From positions 1 to 11,900 of the forward strand of contig JAHLWH010000050.1 in the NCBI GenBank assembly GCA_019058015.1: a DNA stretch of 11,900 nt, written 5' to 3'. A model generated the notes under the pieces. It searched no databases. It had not been told where the DNA came from and saw only the letters and a list, made by a program, of their open reading frames with translations. Within the stretch, counting starts at the first letter, position 1; each line of letters opens with the position of its first letter. Shown piece after piece: positions 8,355 through 11,900 of the stretch. The position numbers and the translations under genes are program-made. Source of the DNA: Promethearchaeota archaeon. Its GTDB lineage: Archaea > Asgardarchaeota > Lokiarchaeia > Sigyniarchaeales > SOKP01.

Positions 8355-8734
8355 TTTAATTTTAGAAGAAATATTTTTAAATATTTATAAAATATTTTAA
8401 TGAACTTAGAGGAAATTAATCCTTTCAAGTTGTATTTATGAATATAATAGAAATTAAGTCTTATAAAAACTTTTATAAAAAGGGACAAATAAAACGCAGA
8501 TTGCAAGAAAATACTTAAGGTTCAATTCTACTCAATATATTCATTTTTTCTATAAATTCGAAATGAAATAAATTTTGTAATTGGTGTAAATAAATAGATA
8601 AAAATAAAAGTGTTTTTGATGATTTTTTTTATGATATTTATGCAAATAATTAATATAATTTATGAATAAATAATATTATTAATATATTAATTTAATTTGA
8701 TTTTAAAATTAAACAAATAAAATGAATTTAGAAT

Positions 8735-9946
8735 ATGCAAATATCAGGAAAAAATGACATTGAAAAAATAAAGGGCTTTTTCAAATCAAGCATTCTCATT
8801 GATGATATTATGGAAATCCTAAAATATAAAGTGGATTCTCTAATTGGAATTGATACAATTAGTGCAAATATTCTCAAGAAATCGGGAGTGAATACAATTA
8901 AAGATCTGGCAGAATTAACTGATGATAGAATTCTTGAAAATAAAGAAATTCCCGCAGATATTTTAGAAAAGTGGATAAGTATTGCAAAAGTAATCCAGGA
9001 ATTCATAAGTTCAAGCAGATTTGCGCAGAAAAAAGTTTTATTGATAGGATTGGATAATGGTGGAAAGACTTCGATTTTAAATGTAATTCAAGATAAATAT
9101 TCTATGGTTAAAAATATTCTGCCTACAAGAGGAGTACAAAGAGAACAATTGGATTTTTTTGGTTTTGGAGTAGTATCGTGGGATTTAGGTGGCCAGATCC
9201 AGTATCGGGAGAATTTATATTTTAAAAGACCTGAATTATATTTTTCTGAAGCGGATTTAATTTTATACGTAGTTGACGTTCAAGATCCTAAGAGATTCGT
9301 AGAGTCCGCAAATTATCTAAAAATTGTTCTTCAAGTACTCGAGGATTTAAACGAGAAACCTGAGTTATTAATTGTTCTAAATAAATTTGATCCTGATTTG
9401 AAAAATGATAAAACAACTTTAGCTAATGCTGAATCTGCAAAAACCAAATTTAAGAATATGGGAAAAGACTATGGTGTTGAATCTCTTGATTTTGTGAATA
9501 CTACGATTTTCGAAAGTTTTACCATTAAACAAATGTTTTCAGTTGCTTTGAAAAAGATTTCCGAGACATCAGAGATTATTGAAAAGATTTTATCTCGATT
9601 TTCAGATTCGATTAATGGAAGAGCTATTTCTATTATTTCTACGGATGGACTTATTTTTGGTAGTTTTGCTGAAAGTGAAGCAGACGAAACATTAATTAAC
9701 AATACTGCTTTGTTGATGCAGACTTTATTGAGTTTTCATTCAAAAGTTGGATTATTAAGAGAAAATTCGATGGTGCTCGAATATCGGTTAAATAAATTCT
9801 CTATTCGGGGTGAAAAATTATTTGAGTATAGCGATAAAAAGATTCCGGTTTATCTTTGGTTGTTGAGTGAAGATGTATCACTCTTAGATGAAAAATTAAA
9901 TTACTTCACCACAGAAATTATGCCTTTGATAAATCTTTTTGTTTAA
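8735..9946 (+). CDS. Small GTPase (Arf/Rag-like) with N-terminal HhH/DUF4332-like domain and C-terminal roadblock-like domain
   Basis: G1 GLDNGGKTS (aa 105-113), G2 PT, G3 WDLGGQ, G4 NKFD, G5-like TTIF. N-terminal LIGIDTISANILKKSGVNTIKDLA...EKWI. C-terminal GRAISIISTDGLIFGS is typical of roadblock/LC7. Confidence 0.9.
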   Translation: MQISGKNDIEKIKGFFKSSILIDDIMEILKYKVDSLIGIDTISANILKKSGVNTIKDLAELTDDRILENKEIPADILEKWISIAKVIQEFISSSRFAQKKVLLIGLDNGGKTSILNVIQDKYSMVKNILPTRGVQREQLDFFGFGVVSWDLGGQIQYRENLYFKRPELYFSEADLILYVVDVQDPKRFVESANYLKIVLQVLEDLNEKPELLIVLNKFDPDLKNDKTTLANAESAKTKFKNMGKDYGVESLDFVNTTIFESFTIKQMFSVALKKISETSEIIEKILSRFSDSINGRAISIISTDGLIFGSFAESEADETLINNTALLMQTLLSFHSKVGLLRENSMVLEYRLNKFSIRGEKLFEYSDKKIPVYLWLLSEDVSLLDEKLNYFTTEIMPLINLFV

Positions 9947-10075
9947 CTCTTAAATCTTTTATCTCCTCTTTCTTATTTTTAAAATAGGTTAATTCGAAAC
10001 AAAAATCTTCAGAGTAATTCTTAAATCCCTATATGATGTTTAAAAAAATAAAAAAAGTTTGGTAATTTAAAATAT

Positions 10076-10585
10076 TTATTTTTTTCTTCCCACAAAAAAC
10101 GAGCCAACTAATGCAATTGCAGCTCCCGCACATGCAATGAAGAAACCATTACCTAATCGCCAAGTCCATGTTCCAAAAAAATCAAAAGTACCAAAAAATA
10201 TATTGTAATCACCTCCAAAGAGGAATTCTAAACCAGCAAGTATAGATTCAAAGTGTTCTTCAACATAGAGTGCATAACAGAATAGCGCTAATCCTACAAT
10301 CATTAAAAATGCGCATAAAAGTGATCCTGCTTTTGATCCTTTTGCAGCAGCTAAAATTACTAAAACAGAACTGGCAACAAACAGGAGGCCCCCGATTAAA
10401 AACAATTCTCCTGCAAAATCTCCATTTACATTATATCCATATGGATTTAGATAAGCTTCATTTGTACCTATACCTATATAAGTGACTTCCCACCATCCTA
10501 GAGATGGTTCAATAAAGGTTAAGATGGCAGCGATTATACCAATAATTCCACCTATTATTGCTAAAATTTTAGTCAAATTTCTCAC
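10076..10585 (-). CDS. Hypothetical 4-TM membrane protein (claudin/PMP-22-like topology)
   Basis: 169 aa, GTG start, four hydrophobic helices (aa ~7-26, 61-81, 87-107, 147-165), two long loops and basic termini. Confidence 0.8.
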   Translation of the reverse strand: MRNLTKILAIIGGIIGIIAAILTFIEPSLGWWEVTYIGIGTNEAYLNPYGYNVNGDFAGELFLIGGLLFVASSVLVILAAAKGSKAGSLLCAFLMIVGLALFCYALYVEEHFESILAGLEFLFGGDYNIFFGTFDFFGTWTWRLGNGFFIACAGAAIALVGSFFVGRKK

Positions 10586-10810
10586 TCATTAATTGAATAA
10601 TTTATTTCAGTATTACATTAGAAGTTTTAATTACTGTTTTATTATTACTTAAAAAATTTAACCATAATTTATAAATTAAAATAATGTAGGATTGATTTTT
10701 TAATAATTATTCAAAAATTTTTTCTTTTATCTTTTTTTTATTATAAATAACCATAAAAGGATGCTTAGCATATCTTATTTAAAATAAGTTTTGTATAAAT
10801 TTCGCAAAAA

Positions 10811-11665
10811 GTGCAAGAGAAAATGGAACAAAAAAGTGAAGAAAAAAAAGGACTTACTAATGAGCAAAGAATGGAATTAATAAAATCAAACATGGAGAAG
10901 ATAAGACACAAAATAGCGATAATTTCAGGCAAGGGTGGAGTTGGCAAAAGCACAGTTGCAGTGAATTTAGCTATGAAACTAGCAAGCACAGGTTCTGCTG
11001 TAGGGTTGCTTGATATTGATATCACTGGACCAAATGTAGCGAAAATGATTGGGATTAGTCCTGAATTGAAACCACAAATAGATCCAGATAAAATGCAATT
11101 TTATCCAATCAATGGACCTCTTAACATTAAAGTCATGAGCATGGCATTTTTAATTGAGGATAGTGATAGTCCGGTCATTTGGCGTGGTCCAATGAAAATG
11201 AGCGCAACAAGGCAATTTCTTGGGGATGCACAATGGGGTTATTTGGATTATTTAATAATTGATTTACCACCCGGCACGGGAGATGAGATTTTAGATATAT
11301 TACAACTGATACTTGATGTCCATATCGTTATAGTTACAACACCTCAAGAAGTAGCACTGATGGATTCTAGAAAAACCATTAAGATGTCTCTTATCATGAA
11401 TAGAGATGTAATAGGAATTATAGAAAATATGTCAGGATATATTTGCCCTGAGTGTGGCTACAAAGTTGATTTATTTGGGAAAGGAGGCGGAGAAAAAGCG
11501 GCAAAAGATTTTAACGTACCTCTTTTGGGTCAAATTCCCCTAGATCCAAATATTAGAGTTACTGGTGACTCAGGGTTGCCATTTATAATTCAATATCCAG
11601 ATTCTCCAGCCGCAAAAGCTTTTACAGAATCTGTAAAAAAAATTAAGGAAATCTTAGAAAAATGA
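10811..11665 (+). CDS. mrp: Mrp/NBP35 (ApbC) Fe-S cluster carrier ATPase
   Basis: SGKGGVGKST, LLDIDITGPN, PVIWRGP, DYLIIDLPPGTGDE, VTTPQEVA, GIIENMSGYICPEC. The true start may be the ATG at 10823. Confidence 0.97.
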   Translation: MQEKMEQKSEEKKGLTNEQRMELIKSNMEKIRHKIAIISGKGGVGKSTVAVNLAMKLASTGSAVGLLDIDITGPNVAKMIGISPELKPQIDPDKMQFYPINGPLNIKVMSMAFLIEDSDSPVIWRGPMKMSATRQFLGDAQWGYLDYLIIDLPPGTGDEILDILQLILDVHIVIVTTPQEVALMDSRKTIKMSLIMNRDVIGIIENMSGYICPECGYKVDLFGKGGGEKAAKDFNVPLLGQIPLDPNIRVTGDSGLPFIIQYPDSPAAKAFTESVKKIKEILEK

Positions 11666-11729
11666 TTTTATCTTTTTTTTTAATACTCTTTTGAAAATAA
11701 TCTAGTTAAAATAAAAAAAAAGAATAAGA
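11666..11729. terminator. Probable bidirectional oligo-T terminator region between convergent mrp and cdhA
   Basis: T9 run at 11673-11681 on + just after the mrp TGA, and A9 run at 11713-11721 (T9 on -) just after the cdhA TAA. Archaeal terminators are oligo-U tracts. Confidence 0.5.
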
Positions 11730-11738
11730 AATGTAAAT

Positions 11739-11900
11739 TTATTTTACATATATTTTTGATAATCTTTCTACGATTGTAGGATCGATGATTTCTCTTGGCT
11801 CCCATTTCTTGGATTTAAGATATTCCAGGACTTCTGTTTTCATACTGATTGGAATATCAGCTTCAACTCGAACATATTTCTCTAATTCTTCTGGAAGATC
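11739..11900 (-). CDS. cdhA: CO dehydrogenase/acetyl-CoA synthase complex alpha subunit, C-terminal 53 aa (partial)
   Basis: Manual translation: DLPEELEKYVRVEADIPISMKTEVLEYLKSKKWEPREIIDPTIVERLSKIYVK*. This matches the recalled archaeal CdhA C-terminus pattern P..L..(F/Y)VR.EAD(I/L)P...K..(I/V)...L....W.P....DPT..ERL. Confidence 0.8.
   Translation of the reverse strand, partial: DLPEELEKYVRVEADIPISMKTEVLEYLKSKKWEPREIIDPTIVERLSKIYVK

Noticed and set aside
8580-8730. Extremely AT-rich stretch as a possible replication origin or repeat array
   Set aside because: No ORB-like boxes, no cdc6/orc1 neighbour and no regular repeat-spacer period; it fits an ordinary AT-rich promoter region.
8728-9702. 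Minus-strand ORFs 8728-9006 and 9469-9702
   Set aside because: Antisense shadows of the GTPase gene.
10270-11025. ORFs 10270-10485 (+) and 10765-11025 (-)
   Set aside because: Antisense to the 4-TM gene and to mrp, respectively.
11663-11683. Possible selenocysteine readthrough of the mrp TGA
   Set aside because: The protein is already complete, readthrough adds only five residues before a TAA in a T-tract, and no SECIS-like hairpin is evident.

Overview
Very AT-rich, gene-dense window that reads as Asgard archaeal DNA (Lokiarchaeia-like). This assignment is inferred from the gene mix, not from a marker gene. Left to right: a GH57 glucanotransferase/amylase (runs off the left edge and is missing from the ORF track) divergent from a maltokinase-like kinase; an MFS transporter; a divergent regulator pair (RHH plus possible V4R-like domain, and an ArsR-type wHTH); a Nudix CoA pyrophosphatase; a vWA protein with two Cys/His-rich RING-like fingers, divergent from a three-domain HhH-like/Arf-Rag GTPase/roadblock-like protein; a 4-TM membrane protein; Mrp/NBP35; and the 3' end of a probable cdhA (also missing from the ORF track). 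The best novelty candidate is the 7152-10585 block of eukaryote-like proteins: a p44/Ssl1- or Rpn10-like vWA-RING protein head-to-head with a Rag-like GTPase, followed by a claudin-like tetraspan protein. No rRNA, tRNA, CRISPR array or mobile element was seen.
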